A DNA stretch of 64,000 nt from Azolla caroliniana (taxonomy: Eukaryota; Plantae; Polypodiophyta), in NCBI GenBank assembly GCA_043228905.1, contig JBHGNT010000004.1, positions 9,796,001 to 9,860,000 on the forward strand. The letters run 5' to 3'. Every line of letters starts with the position of its first letter. The first letter of the stretch is position 1. The translations under genes and the position numbers were made by a program. Of the stretch, positions 24,699-35,996 are shown piece after piece. Below the pieces are notes generated by a model, which saw nothing but the letters and a program-made list of their open reading frames with translations, was not told the origin of the DNA and ran no database searches.

Positions 24699-25370
24699 AG
24701 GATGGAATCGGTAAGGAGGAACCGGTGAGAACCGGATGAAGGATGGAATCGGCAAGGAGGAACCGGTAAGGAGACCCGGTAAGAACGAGATCAAGCAGAA
24801 CTGGCAAGAGCCAGATAAAGAAGGCCGGTGAGAGTTTCTCACCAGATGAAGACACAAATTTGTAAATAAAAGAAAAGATTGTTACATGCATAGGGCAAGA
24901 TTCGAACCCTATACCTCCTTGTTAACGATTTTTAAGCCTTACCACTATACTAGCATATTATGAATTGTAAAGTTATACTAAACTTTATCTCATGTAAATA
25001 TTCTAGATATGCATGGTACAAAAAGTTATTCATGCATACATACTCGAGTTAAAAGAAAAGATGGGATAGAAAGCTAATCATGCACATGCAGTGTGCATGA
25101 AAACTAAAGTTAGGAAAAGCATGATGTTTGCATGTGATAAACTTAGACTCTTCGAACACTATATAAGGAAGAGAGATAGATGTATAGGGGTTGTTGATTT
25201 TTATAAGGTTTGAATAATATAAAATAATCGTGGGATTCACGATTTTACCATCTATTTCTCTCTTACAATCTAAGTATCAATTAATACACTATACTCGTGG
25301 GATTCACGAGTTTCATATCTTCTTCTTGCAATCTCTTCCTAACTAACATTATCTCATATTCTTCTTTCTC
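24609..25370 (+). repeat. 3' LTR of Gypsy-G1b (right end lost or approximate)
   Basis: Starts TG after the PPT. Contains a 41-bp tandem repeat (~2.7 copies, 24660-24770), a tRNA-like module, and TATATAAGG near 25160. Confidence 0.75.
24888..24954 (-). other. tRNA-like A-box/B-box module inside an LTR (second copy)
   Basis: Minus strand reads TAGTATAGTGGTAAGGC...CGTTAACAAGGAGGTATAGGGTTCGAATC, followed about 12 nt later by TTTTCTTTT. Confidence 0.7.
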
Positions 25371-25795
25371 CTAGTCCAAAACCCCAACGGTTCCCACCCA
25401 ACTCATGCAAACGATCCAACGCCGAAAGGCACGAAAACATTGTCGTGAAGGATTACGACCATAAAGAGAAATGGACCCAAGTGCACGCCAACGGGTGTGT
25501 GCACCAATGCACATGAACCAAGTACTAGGTAGTAGGATGTAATGAGGTACGTAAAAGTCACACACGTAGAGAAAGAGATCAAGGAGTGGGGGGATCTCTG
25601 ATACCAATCACAATGTAACGGTCTCCCCTTGTGCTATAAAAGGGAAGACTTAAGCCTGTTTTAGGCATCCGGTTTTGGGAGGACGAAGTGTTGTCGGTTT
25701 GTGGGCTGAACTCTCTCTTCTTCTTCTTTTTTGTAAATCAATGTTTGTTATTAAAACAAGATGATAATACAACCCTCGCTATCTTCACTACTTCA
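25371..25795 (+). repeat. Probable LTR fragment of an unidentified family
   Basis: Non-coding; has GCTATAAAAGGG TATA, CT-rich and T-rich tracts, and ends ..cttca where LINE sequence begins. No second copy in the window. Confidence 0.4.
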
Positions 25796-26398
25796 TAAAT
25801 AGTGATAGTGCAAGGGAAACCCTCTCAACTGCTGTAAAACTAGATGACATAAGTCTATCTCCTCTTGGGACAAGATCCCCATACAACATAGTTTTGAAAA
25901 TTGCCAAATCAATTTCCCTTTCATCCTACGGAGTTGTTGTGTTATCCCATGAAGTCCGTCAAACAAGAACTCATATCTCATGGTCCAATTAAACCATATC
26001 CCCCAATATCTAAGGTAATCAAAAGCCACCTTATATGATGGTGTGGGCATAACTTTATCCTCATCCATATAAACCCATTTATAAAGTGACAAAATATTTT
26101 CTATTATCGATGCCCAAATTTGTGACATAATCACCCAAATGGCCTATGTCTGGCATCTTCTTCAACCACCGTACAAGAAAAAGCATGTCCCATTCGAAAT
26201 ATGTCTTCGTTTTAAGGTCATCGCCAAAGGCAACCCACCAACTATGGCACGCCAAAGAAACACCATTGCACGGAATGGAAGATGAGGTTGCCACCCTACA
26301 TCTAAAACTCTACACCACCACTTTACATTTCTAGTAATGCTCCATGTATCCAACACCTTATTTGCTAACCAAGCTCTATCTTCAACCAACTTATGGTG
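25796..26398 (-). mobile_element. LINE (L1 clade) 3' part: ORF2 zf-RVT region
   Basis: WQPHLPFRAMVFLWRAIVGGLPL..L..R..CFF matches the zf-RVT motif. Continues 55242-57085 across the Copia-D insertion. Confidence 0.75.
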
Positions 26399-26915
26399 TG
26401 AGGGAAATAGCGCGGAATATCGCTCGGCCACAACCGAGTCTTGAATCACTTGTCGATGAGAATCAAACACAGAAATGGGAAGTAGGGAGATTGGTACGCA
26501 TACGCACATGCACACAAACAACGATAGAGGATACACAGGATGTTTATGTGGGAAAACCCTAACAGGGAAAAAACCACGGGAGCCCACAGACTCCAAAATA
26601 TCACTAAATGAGAAAGGTACATTCAGAGACTCGGAGGCAACGACCTCGAGCTCTATTTCTTCGCCAAGCGGCGGTTATGACAGAGTATCACTCTTTATCT
26701 CTCTCTCTATATATACAACAGTTATGCACATACAAGAATATGACAATAACCTTACAAAGTCATTGCCCTAAGTCATATTTATACTTATATAAACTTAGGG
26801 CTATTCACAAATATAGCCTCAATAGGCTTACTCAAAACATATTTACAAATATGTCTTCTCTTTCAGTTCTCACCGGGTCCATCTGATCCATAACTGGATC
26901 CCATCTAGAGGGACC
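26399..26915 (-). repeat. 3' LTR of Copia-D (inner end deleted)
   Basis: Direct repeat of 54714-55236. Confidence 0.9.
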
Positions 26916-28049
26916 TCCGTGTGGATCTTCGTCAACACGAACTGTTGATCTTCTACTCTCTCTCGGATCTAGTGATACCTCCACTGGATATGTTTCGTCC
27001 AGGAATGGTAGGCCGCTTTCTTTGAAAGGTGGATGACACTTTGATTGTCGTAGTAGAGCCGGTATTCCTCCTGTTGGATCCCTAACTCTTCGATGAACTC
27101 CTTCATCCAAATTATTTCCTTGCCAGCTTCGACAGCTACCATGTACTCCGCCCGCTTCCGTGGTTGTCAACGCAACCATCTTTTGCAGCCTCGACTACCA
27201 TGAAACAGCTCCCCCTACATAAGTCATGACATATCCGAATGTAGACCGGCTGGTATCTACATCAGCGGACATATCCGAATCCGTGAATCTGTCAAGTTGG
27301 GGATTACTGAAGCTGAACCGGAGGCACATACTCAAGGTGCCTTTCAGATACCGGGGTATCCACTTGACCGCGTTCCAGTGCTCTTTTTCGAGATTTCTCA
27401 TGAATCGGCTCACCAGTCCGATTGCATATTTGATATCCGGTCGGGTACATACCATTGTGTACATCAAGCTCCTGACGGCAGAGGCATATGGTATCTTCAT
27501 CATATCTGTCTTCTCTGTCTTTGTTTTCCAGATAGCTTGTAGTTTGCCGGAAGTGTCGATCTGATCGGTTTTGCCTCCGACATGTTGAACCGTTGAAGTA
27601 CTTTTGTCACGTACTTCTCCTATGACAACCACAACAACTTTTTCGACCGGTCCCGGATGATGTGCATTCCCAATATTTGTCTTGCCGGATCCAAGTCTTT
27701 CATTGAGAAGGTCCGGTTCAAAGCCTTCTTCAGCATCCAAATCTTGCCTTGGTCTCATCCGACGATCAACATATCATCCACATATAGGAGTATCAGCAAA
27801 TCTCCTCCATCAAAATTCTTGACAAACACGCAGTGATCAGCCTACGTCTTGTGGTACGCTTGGTCAGTCATGAAGGAGTCGAACTTCTGGTACGATTGTT
27901 GGGGGGCTTGCTTTAATCCGTATAAGCTCTTCTTCAGCCGGCACACTAGGTGCTCCTTCCCTTTCTTTTGAAATCCTTATGGTTGATGCATGTAGATCTC
28001 TTTTTGAGGTTGCCATGTAGGAACGCTATCTTGATGTCCAGTTGCTCTA

Positions 28050-28428
28050 CGTTGAGATACAAGCTCAACATTGGCTAGGTCGGTTGTGCAAGCCGAGAAC
28101 CGGATCGGTGCGTAAACTGGTGCGCAAACCAGGAGGCTGTTGAATAGATATTCCGCAAGGGAATATATTTGGGAGTTAGTGAAGCCGCTCAGTTATGAGC
28201 ATTGAAGTATGTGTCAGTACTTTTGTCAATCTATATGGATTTGTATAAAAGTGCTCTCTAAGCACATCCTATGTACAAAGTTTACACATTATTCCAATTC
28301 AGTTTTTCTGTGTGTTTTTCCCTCTCTGTCTCTCCCGCGTACATTGTGTCTTAAGCTATCCATTAAACTTGTTTTTTTCTCTATCGGTATTCTATGTTTC
28401 GTATAGCTTCCGCACGTAACATTTCAAA
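28050..28428 (+). repeat. 5' LTR of Copia-E
   Basis: Diverged direct repeat of 47540-47993, shorter in the U3 repeat tract. Confidence 0.9.
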
Positions 28429-28547
28429 TAGTATCAGAGCGCGAGGGTTGAGAACCTCTACAGTCAACTTCAGCCCGAAACAAAAAAAAACCTAATCTTG
28501 GTGAAGAACAGAAAGGAAAAAAATTGGATCGAGAAATGGCTAGTTCG

Positions 28548-28659
28548 TGTTACAGGCTGGCAAGAAGGCTTAAGGAGGTCCAAATCAGAGTGTGAAAAGG
28601 AATAGTTATTCGGGAACTATTGTAATTAGTAATCTTATTAATATATGAGAAGATGTGGA
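28548..28659 (+). repeat. Left terminal inverted repeat (inverted copy of the LTR U3 start) of Gypsy-P3
   Basis: 108/112 identity to the reverse complement of 34112-34223. Confidence 0.95.
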
Positions 28660-30230
28660 CGCCGTCTCCGCCATCCATCGCAGCTTGTCTTTTTCCTGCA
28701 ACACTTTCTCTTTTTCCTCCTTCAGCCGGTCGTAAGCATGATGTCCTTTACGCAGGTTTTCCTCTGCCCGGCGAAGGTTCTGAACAATCTTTTTTAATTC
28801 TTCTTCGGCCGCCTTCTTCAAGTCGCGTTCGCAGCTCCGTAATGCTTCTTGTGCGGCGAGCTCATCTCGTAATTCCGCAAGCTCGTGGGCTTGCGCCGCA
28901 TCTTTCTCCGGGACAGTTTGTGTCTCTGGGGTCTTATTCCTCTGTACATCAACCGAAGTCACCGGTGCTTGGATTTGCATTGTGGTTAAGGCCATTTTGG
29001 CCATATCTCCTGTGATCCGATCCAAGTCTTGTTTGAGGCACCGGATCCTTGACCGGGCCTCCTCTAGCTCATCGGTTGTGACGAGCAACCGTTCCGTTTG
29101 TGCTCTTTCCTCTGCCTCTATGCATCCGACTACTCCGACAATTTGTTCTCCTACCCACCGGAGCCATTGGCTGCCGGTGCACTGTTGTTGCGCTTGCACA
29201 GAGAGTTGGCTGATGGGTTCACTCACCGGTGGCTGGTCCCGCCTTACTACGTCGAGCTACGCTTCTGGTTCTGCCAGCTGACCACTTTGTCGTTCCAGCT
29301 CTGAGTGTGTTTCGGTTCGCCGCCCCTTGTCTGCTTGTTCTTAGCCGGCTGGGGCGGTTGGCCTTTGTATATCCGGCTCTTGAGTGACAGGGCTTGCCGG
29401 CGCTGCCTGTTGTGCTGGGACTTCTGTGACCAGTTCCATCCGAACTAGTTCCGATGCCTCCCTTGGCGTGGGTTGCGTAGCGTGAGTTGCGGGCGTTCCA
29501 TCCTTCTGTGGGTCCGAACGCTTCCCGGCTGATTCAGCGGTGCTCTTCACCGGCCGCCGCTGAAGGTGCTCCATGGGTTCTTCCTCCATTTCTTCCGCCT
29601 GAGTCCCGTCATTCATTCTTGCCGCCAAGGTGTCTGTTTCCTGTTGCACCGGCCGGTGGAGTGGGCTCTTCAGGGGCCGTGCCAGTGTCTCCTCACTTGC
29701 ATCCGTCGGCCACTTCCGCCTGGCGCATTCCTTTGTCGCCTTCTCTGCGTCGGCCGTCTTCCCCTTAGTGGCCTTGGAGGCCCACAGTTGTTGCCGTTTC
29801 GAAGCAGGTTTCGGGGTGTCGTCCGTTGCTCTTCCCCCTTCTTGGTTTGGACGGGCTCAACCGGTGGCGCCAGCAGGGTGAGCCATTGTGCCACCGCATG
29901 CCATATTTTCTGGCCTTCCTTGCCGTCCTTTCCTCTTACTATATCAATGGTCGTACACAACCCATCGGCGATCAGCACCGGCCAATCTACCTTGACCCCT
30001 TCGTACGTTGCGATGATCAAGCTTGCTCGGTTCTGAGGCATGACGGGGGGTCGAGGGTACACGTCGCCGAACTCATGGAGCACACGGGCAATTTCGCGGA
30101 ATAGCATATCTTCGCCACCCTGTGTCCTGTAGCCCTTGCTGGCTAGAGAGTACTCACCGAAATATTTGATGAGTTGCTCGGAGGTAGGATTGTCGATCGT
30201 GTAGATGCCTCCCTCCGGAAGGCCTATTAA
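28660..30230 (-). pseudogene. Additional 3' ORF of Gypsy-P3 (disrupted)
   Basis: LIKYFGEY..KGYRT..DMLFREIARVLHEFG..MPQNRASLIIATYEGVKVDW, followed by a coiled-coil region. Homologous to the P1 extra ORF. Confidence 0.8.
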
Positions 30231-30608
30231 CGATGTTCGATAAGCCCAGAGCGCACTGTGCAGCTTCGTATCCCAATCCGTCCGGTTTTCGTTGAGGATT
30301 TTCCGGAGGATATTCTGGAGCGTTTTGTTCGTTGACTCAGCTAACCCGTTTTCTTGCGGATAGTACGGTGTGCTTCGTTTATGTACTCCGTAAGCTGCAT
30401 GAACGCGCTGCCGATTGCGATGTCAGAGGCGTCCATGAACACATGAAACTCTTTACTCCAATCCAAAGGCTGCACTACTGATGCTTGTGACAATAACACC
30501 TTTAGTGCCTTGTATGCCTTGTCTTCGATGTCGGTCCATTGGAACGGTGTTCGATGTACTGCCGTATGCAGAGGTGTAGCCAGGTCTGCCAAATATCGGA
30601 GCATACGG

Positions 30609-31754
30609 CTATGCCAGCAGATTTGTCCTAGGAAACGGCTCAATGCCTTTTGCCGTTGCCGGTGCCGGTGCTTCCCAGATTGCTTTCACTTTGTCCGGAT
30701 CTACGACAATGCCTTCCTTGCTTACTATATGCCCTAGTAGCGTTCCGCTGGACACTCCAAATACACTCTTCGTCGGATTCAGGTTTAGCCGGTACGCCCT
30801 ACGCTTCTCCAGACATAGTCTGAGGTGCTGCAAATGGTCTTCTTCTCGGCTATAGACGGCGAAGTCGTCAAGGAATACCTGCATAAAAGATGGTATGTAT
30901 TCGCCAAAGATCTCCATGATGATCCCTTGGAATGTTGTTGGTGCCGTTTTCAGACCGAACATCATCACCACGGCAACAAACACTCCCCATTCGGTGACGA
31001 AAGTCGTTTTCTCTTGATGATCAGGATGCATCCGGATCTGATTATACCTGCTGAATCCGTCTAAGAAACTGTAGACTTCATGGCCAGCGACGACATCCAA
31101 AACCCCATCCGTAAACGGAAGTGGAAATGCATCCGTTACCGTTGCCGCATTGAGCTTCCGGTAGTCGACACAAACTCTAATTTTGTCGTTCTTCTTTGGT
31201 ACGACTACGATCGGGCTCAACCATGTAGATTTCTTTACGGAACGGATGAAGCCAACCCTCAACAATTTGTCGATTTCCTCCTTGGCTTTGGTGGCGTAGT
31301 TTGGGTTCATCCGGTATCGACGTTGTGCTACCGGCTTAGCGTCTTTGCTCAGGTGTATCTGGTGTTGATACAACTGAGGATCCAGCCCTCTCATATCCTC
31401 GTAAGACCAGGCAAATACATCGCGAAACTCGTTGAGTGTAATTATCGCCATTTTGTTCTTTGCATTCATTTCTTTGGCGACGTGCACTAGTTTTGCCTCC
31501 TCCACCGTACCTAGATTTACCTCTTCCAATTGAGACGCTTTTACACGTTGTGATACGGCCATTTCTCTTTCCAATGCCTCCTGCGCTTGCCGTAACTCCC
31601 GGATTGCTTCTTTATCCGGTTCCGCTTCGATTCCGTCCGGTTGCAGTAAGTAAGGTGATACCGCTTCGGCAACGTCAATTTCGAATAGGGGTACAATCTC
31701 CGGGTTCTCCTTCAAGTATTGATCTTCTTCTTCATCTGCGAATCCTTCCAGCAT
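30609..31754 (-). pseudogene. Gypsy-P3 reverse transcriptase (381-aa open fragment)
   Basis: WLSPIVVVPKK..RVCVDYRKLN..DAFPLP..SFLDGFS.YNQI..MFGLK..VFLDDF..LGHIVS. Confidence 0.92.
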
Positions 31755-33763
31755 ATTGATGCACTCCGCATATAACAGTGTCAGATCCTTGCCAGTGTCC
31801 TTCCTTGGTTGTGTTGGTGATCATATTCCTCCTCCAATTCTGCTTGATGTGTGTCGTCTTTAACCAAGGGCGTCCCAACAATAATGGGTACGCTCCTTGA
31901 GCCTGCAACTGGAGAACTACGGCTGAGATTCGGAATGTGTGGCCCCCGATGGTTACTTCTAAGTCCCGTATTAATCCTGTCAGTCGCACCGAGCTTGTGT
32001 CCGCCATTCGGAGCCAAAACGGACATGGCTCCCACTCTTGGATTCCAAGAGCATCGCACGTCCGGAGGCTTATTACATTAACGTCGGAGCCTCCGTCTAT
32101 TATCATGCTGGGGAGTTCTTTCCCTTTCACAATGGCAGTAATTGCTAGACTGTTGGTGTCCACCACCGTCGGTCCCTCCTCCGGATTTGAGAAGAATGCC
32201 GAAGCCGGTGGTGTTCCGCTTGTCGCCGTGTCGGACTTGAGTCCTTCTGTGCATCTTGGTACCGTCCATTGTAATCTCGGTACTTGTCATATCTCTTGTA
32301 CCGATCATAGTTGTCTCGCCGATTGTCATACCGGACATCCTGTGCCGGTCGATACCGCTCCTCTCGTCGCCAGCGTTCGTCTTCCTCATCTTGGTTGCTG
32401 CATGGCTCGATTTGCCGGACTAGTGGAGCTTGCCGATTCAATAAGTTATATTCGCACCGATCCATCGTGTGGCTCATGGAGTGGCAGAGTAAGCAGTGCG
32501 TCCGCATGGTGCACTCCAGTGATGAGTGTCCGGAATTCAAGCAGGTCGTGCATTGGATTGCTTGCCGGAAGCCGAGATCCTCATCGGTTGGTAACGCTTG
32601 TTGGAGAGCTCCCATTGTTAGCCAAGAGCTCGTTTTTTCCATTTCTCTAACCCGGCCGATGACCTGGCCGACGGTGCTTGTGCGAAAGTCGATGACCGTG
32701 CATACTATTCGGAGAGGTTCCCAGAGGGAGGCTAAAAATATAGCCCGCGTTTCTTCCTCCGGAGGTGCGTGGGTAAGCTGACTGTGCATCCGTTGAAACC
32801 GGATGACAAACTGCGGGATGCTCTCCCAGGGTCCTACCGGATGGTATAAAATAAGCCCACCATTTCTCGTTGGTCCACCTCCTCCTGGAAGAAGTGCAAG
32901 AATTTGTCTTTCAGGTCTGCAAAGGTGGTGATGGTGCTGCGATCCTGCGTCCGGTGCCATCTGGCGGCCGATCCTTCCAATGTCACACCGAATTCGGCTA
33001 TCTTAGATCGTTCCTCTTCTACCGCAATTAACCGTTGTGACACATGGTTAACCTCCCATGTTTGTTGGAATGCGTGAACATGAGCCTCCGCGTCTGGATC
33101 ATCCCTATACTTGGAGTACTGGAACGACATGTTGTTGTCCGGTGTCGGTACGCGGGCTGGCGGTGTTGGTGGTCTTTCCTGCTGTTCCGTCAGTGTGGGA
33201 GGTCTTTGCCGATCTTCCTTTGGTGTTGCCGGCTCGACTTCCGGTGTTGGAGGTTTTTGCCGGTCTTCCTCCGTCTCCGGAGGTTGCTCCACGTGTAGTG
33301 TCGGAGGTTCCTGATCTGCCAACTCTGGTTCCGGTGTCGGTACTGTATCCAAATCCGGTGTCGTCTGGTCCTCCCAGGGTGTTGTTACTGCTGCGATAGT
33401 TCGTGTGCGTGTTGTAACCCCCTTCCGAATCTGATTCCAGTGCTGAAAACGCTTCGGATTCGCCGTCTCTTCCGGCCAAGGCCTGCAGAAGGGATTCCGC
33501 TTCCCGGAGGCTGCTTAAGCTGCTTCCTTCGTCCGGGTAGGCGTTTTGTTGTAGACGGAGCGACTCCTCTGCCACTTTCCGGATCACTTTGGAAAATGAT
33601 CGATCCATTCGGATTTCTTCCTCTGCTTGTTGGAAAGCCTCTCGCCACCTTCTCCGTTCAGCAAGTCTTCGTGCTCTCTCCGTAACCGGGTCGTCTGTTG
33701 GCCTCGTCATCCATTCCCGTCATTGTTCATTGCAATTGTGCAGGAATCGTGCTTGCCAAAAAC

Positions 33764-34223
33764 TGTGTTAATCCGAGGGCAGGACAACAGCCTAACACAG
33801 GGTGTCCACTTAAGACACTTCACCAAAGGGTGGTACGGCAGAATGACTTACGGCACAACGTTTAATTAGACCTTAATTGGCTACTTAGCAATCCGTAAAT
33901 AACACGCGTAAGATATAACAATGAATACAAAACAATAATCAACACTGGAAGATTAAGACAAAAAGCTCTATTAATTATCCGCTTCTGATTACATTATAAC
34001 CGGGCCTTTATATAGGTCTCCGGTGCAAAATACAAAACGGTGCCAATCGGCACCTTTACGGGATCGGTCCGGATCCGGATCCGGATCGGCATACCGATTC
34101 CGGTCCGTCCATCCACATCTTCTCATGTATTAATAAGATTACTAATTACAACAGTTCCCGAATAACTATTCCTTTTCACACTCTGATTTGGACCTCCTGA
34201 AGCCTTCTTGCCAGCCGGTAACA
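33764..34223 (-). repeat. 5' LTR of Gypsy-P3 (its first 112 bp form the right inverted repeat)
   Basis: Minus strand runs TGTTA..TAACACA, then gtttt and TGGC (PBS-like). TATA at ~34005-34014. Confidence 0.8.
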
Positions 34224-35996
34224 GTTCGCTTCCAACTGACAAACTGGACAGAAGTAACTATGCATCTTGGTCGTACAAGATGCACCAGTACCTGCTCGGA
34301 CATGGATACTGGAGCTATGTCGATGGAGCGAATGATGCAGCACCCGAATCAACATAGAGAGACTTCCCAGCCTGGGAACAGTTGACGAGCGGAGCTCTCT
34401 ACTGTTTCGCATCCTATGTGAGCGAACAACTCTTGAGCTACATTCAGGATGCAAGAATGCCGAAGGATGCTTGGGGAAATCTGAAAAAGATTTTCGTCGC
34501 AAGCACCACAGCAAGGAAACTCTAATTCCGATAGGAGTTGAGCAATGTGCGTCAACGTGACATGACGGTGGCTGACTACACCTCCAAGATAAAGGATATC
34601 TGTGACTCCCTTGCCTCCATCAATGTGAACGTTGAGGGCGAAATGGTGCAGATCTGCCTCCGAGGATTGGTGTCGATGTTCGGAGCATTCCGAACTGCTG
34701 TTTGTACAAGGGAGAATACGCCGTTGTTTTTCGACTTGTAGTCGATGCTTCTTGTAGAGGAGAATCACACGGGTGCGTCGACAAGTGTGCACGCCGATAG
34801 CAAGATGTTGTACACGGAGGGAGATAGGCCCCATGGTCATGATGGACAAAGCAAATCAGCGTGCAATGGAGGCGGTCGATGGGTGCAAGGAAGAAGGCAT
34901 CGTGGTGATGCCGACAGCAATTCCAGACCCTCCAAAAGCAGGGGGAGTCGAGGAGGCGACGAGAACCGACAAGGGAAACACGTCGCGGAATTTTGGTATT
35001 GTGGCAAGAAAGGCCACAAGGAGAGTGAGTGTTGGAAGAAGCGAGCCGATTCAGAGAAAATTGGATCCGAATCCGGACGGACCGAACAAGGAAATCGGCA
35101 GCGGACGCACTACGCTGAAGGATCCGAAGAAGTCAGAAAGGGGGCAGCCTTCGTGACAAGACATGAAGCGAACTCGATGAAGAAGACCACCCCGGAATCA
35201 GACGAAGTGTGGTACGTTGACTCTGGAGTGTCAAACCGGAACAACCGGGAGTAGTCGCAATAGGACACGACAATCCGCATCCGATTGTACATGTCAGTGA
35301 AGTTCCCCTCAGCCACGTCAATCAAAAAGGGATGCTAATGAATGTGTTATACGTCCCGACAATTACCTAGAATCTGGTGTCGGTCGAACAGATCGTCGAC
35401 CAGGGGATGGAAGTCTGGTTCACGCATCTCAGGTGCTTCATCAAGGAAGAAGGCCAAGTTATTGCACAAGGGTGTAGAGATGGGAAGATGTTCATCCTCG
35501 ACACCAATGACGTAGGCACCGCCATGTTCGCAAAAGGGTGAAAAGTCGAGTTGGATATCGACTTGTGGCATAAACGGATAGGCCACGTCAACTATCAAAG
35601 GCTTCAGGACCTACAATCAAAACAAGTTCTGTTCGGATTGCCGAAATTTAGTGGTCGAAAGGCCCAAATTTTGAGAAGCCTGCCAGTTAGGGAAGAACCA
35701 CCGAATTCCTTTCCCCAACGAGCGTAATCGGAGCCGAAATAAGCTCGACTTGATACACTCAGATGTATGGGGACCCGCACAGAACGTGAGTCTTGGCAAG
35801 AGGCGATATTTCGTCTCCTTCATCGACGACTACACCCGGCACACATGGATCTACCTCATCAAAAAGAAGAGTGAAGTCTTCTACTGTTTCCGGAACCTCA
35901 AAAATCTTGTCGAAAAGGAAATAGGGAGGAAGATCAAGTGCCTGCGGTGTGATGGAGGAAAAGAGTATTTTTTTGGCCAATTCAACAGTTATCTAC

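Larger units (their letters stand above)
20455..25370 (+). mobile_element. Gypsy-G1b: degenerate Gypsy (gag C-terminus, RT, RNase H, integrase, PPT, 3' LTR)
   Basis: RRCIWCDSTEH..C; KYKTVEKKVKPV; RT SFLDDIPVKG; RNase H VDTS..IGWV; integrase 23157-24698 (WAGHRG, ADRGE, NGKIERGH, WFGPY); PPT ggagggggcgag at 24597-24608; LTR from 24609. Confidence 0.9.
28548..34223 (-). mobile_element. Gypsy-P3: gag-PR-RT-(RH)-(IN)-extra ORF element bounded by 112-bp terminal inverted repeats and TSD GTTCG
   Basis: GTTCG at 28543-28547 and 34224-34228. 28548-28659 is the reverse complement of 34112-34223 (4 mismatches). LTR-like 5' region 33764-34223 with TATATAAAGG. Gag 32200-33710, protease IIDGGS, RT 30609-31754 (VFLDDF), integrase core ~30232-30385, extra ORF 28660-30230. 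Confidence 0.92.

Noticed and set aside
25596-25606. PBS-like ctctgatacca (minus strand)
   Set aside because: Not directly adjacent to a verifiable LTR end and no gag follows; may be chance or an unrecognisable relic.
28548-34223. DIRS-type (tyrosine recombinase) element
   Set aside because: Has a 5-bp TSD, an aspartic protease and a DDE integrase remnant; no tyrosine recombinase motif or internal complementary region seen.
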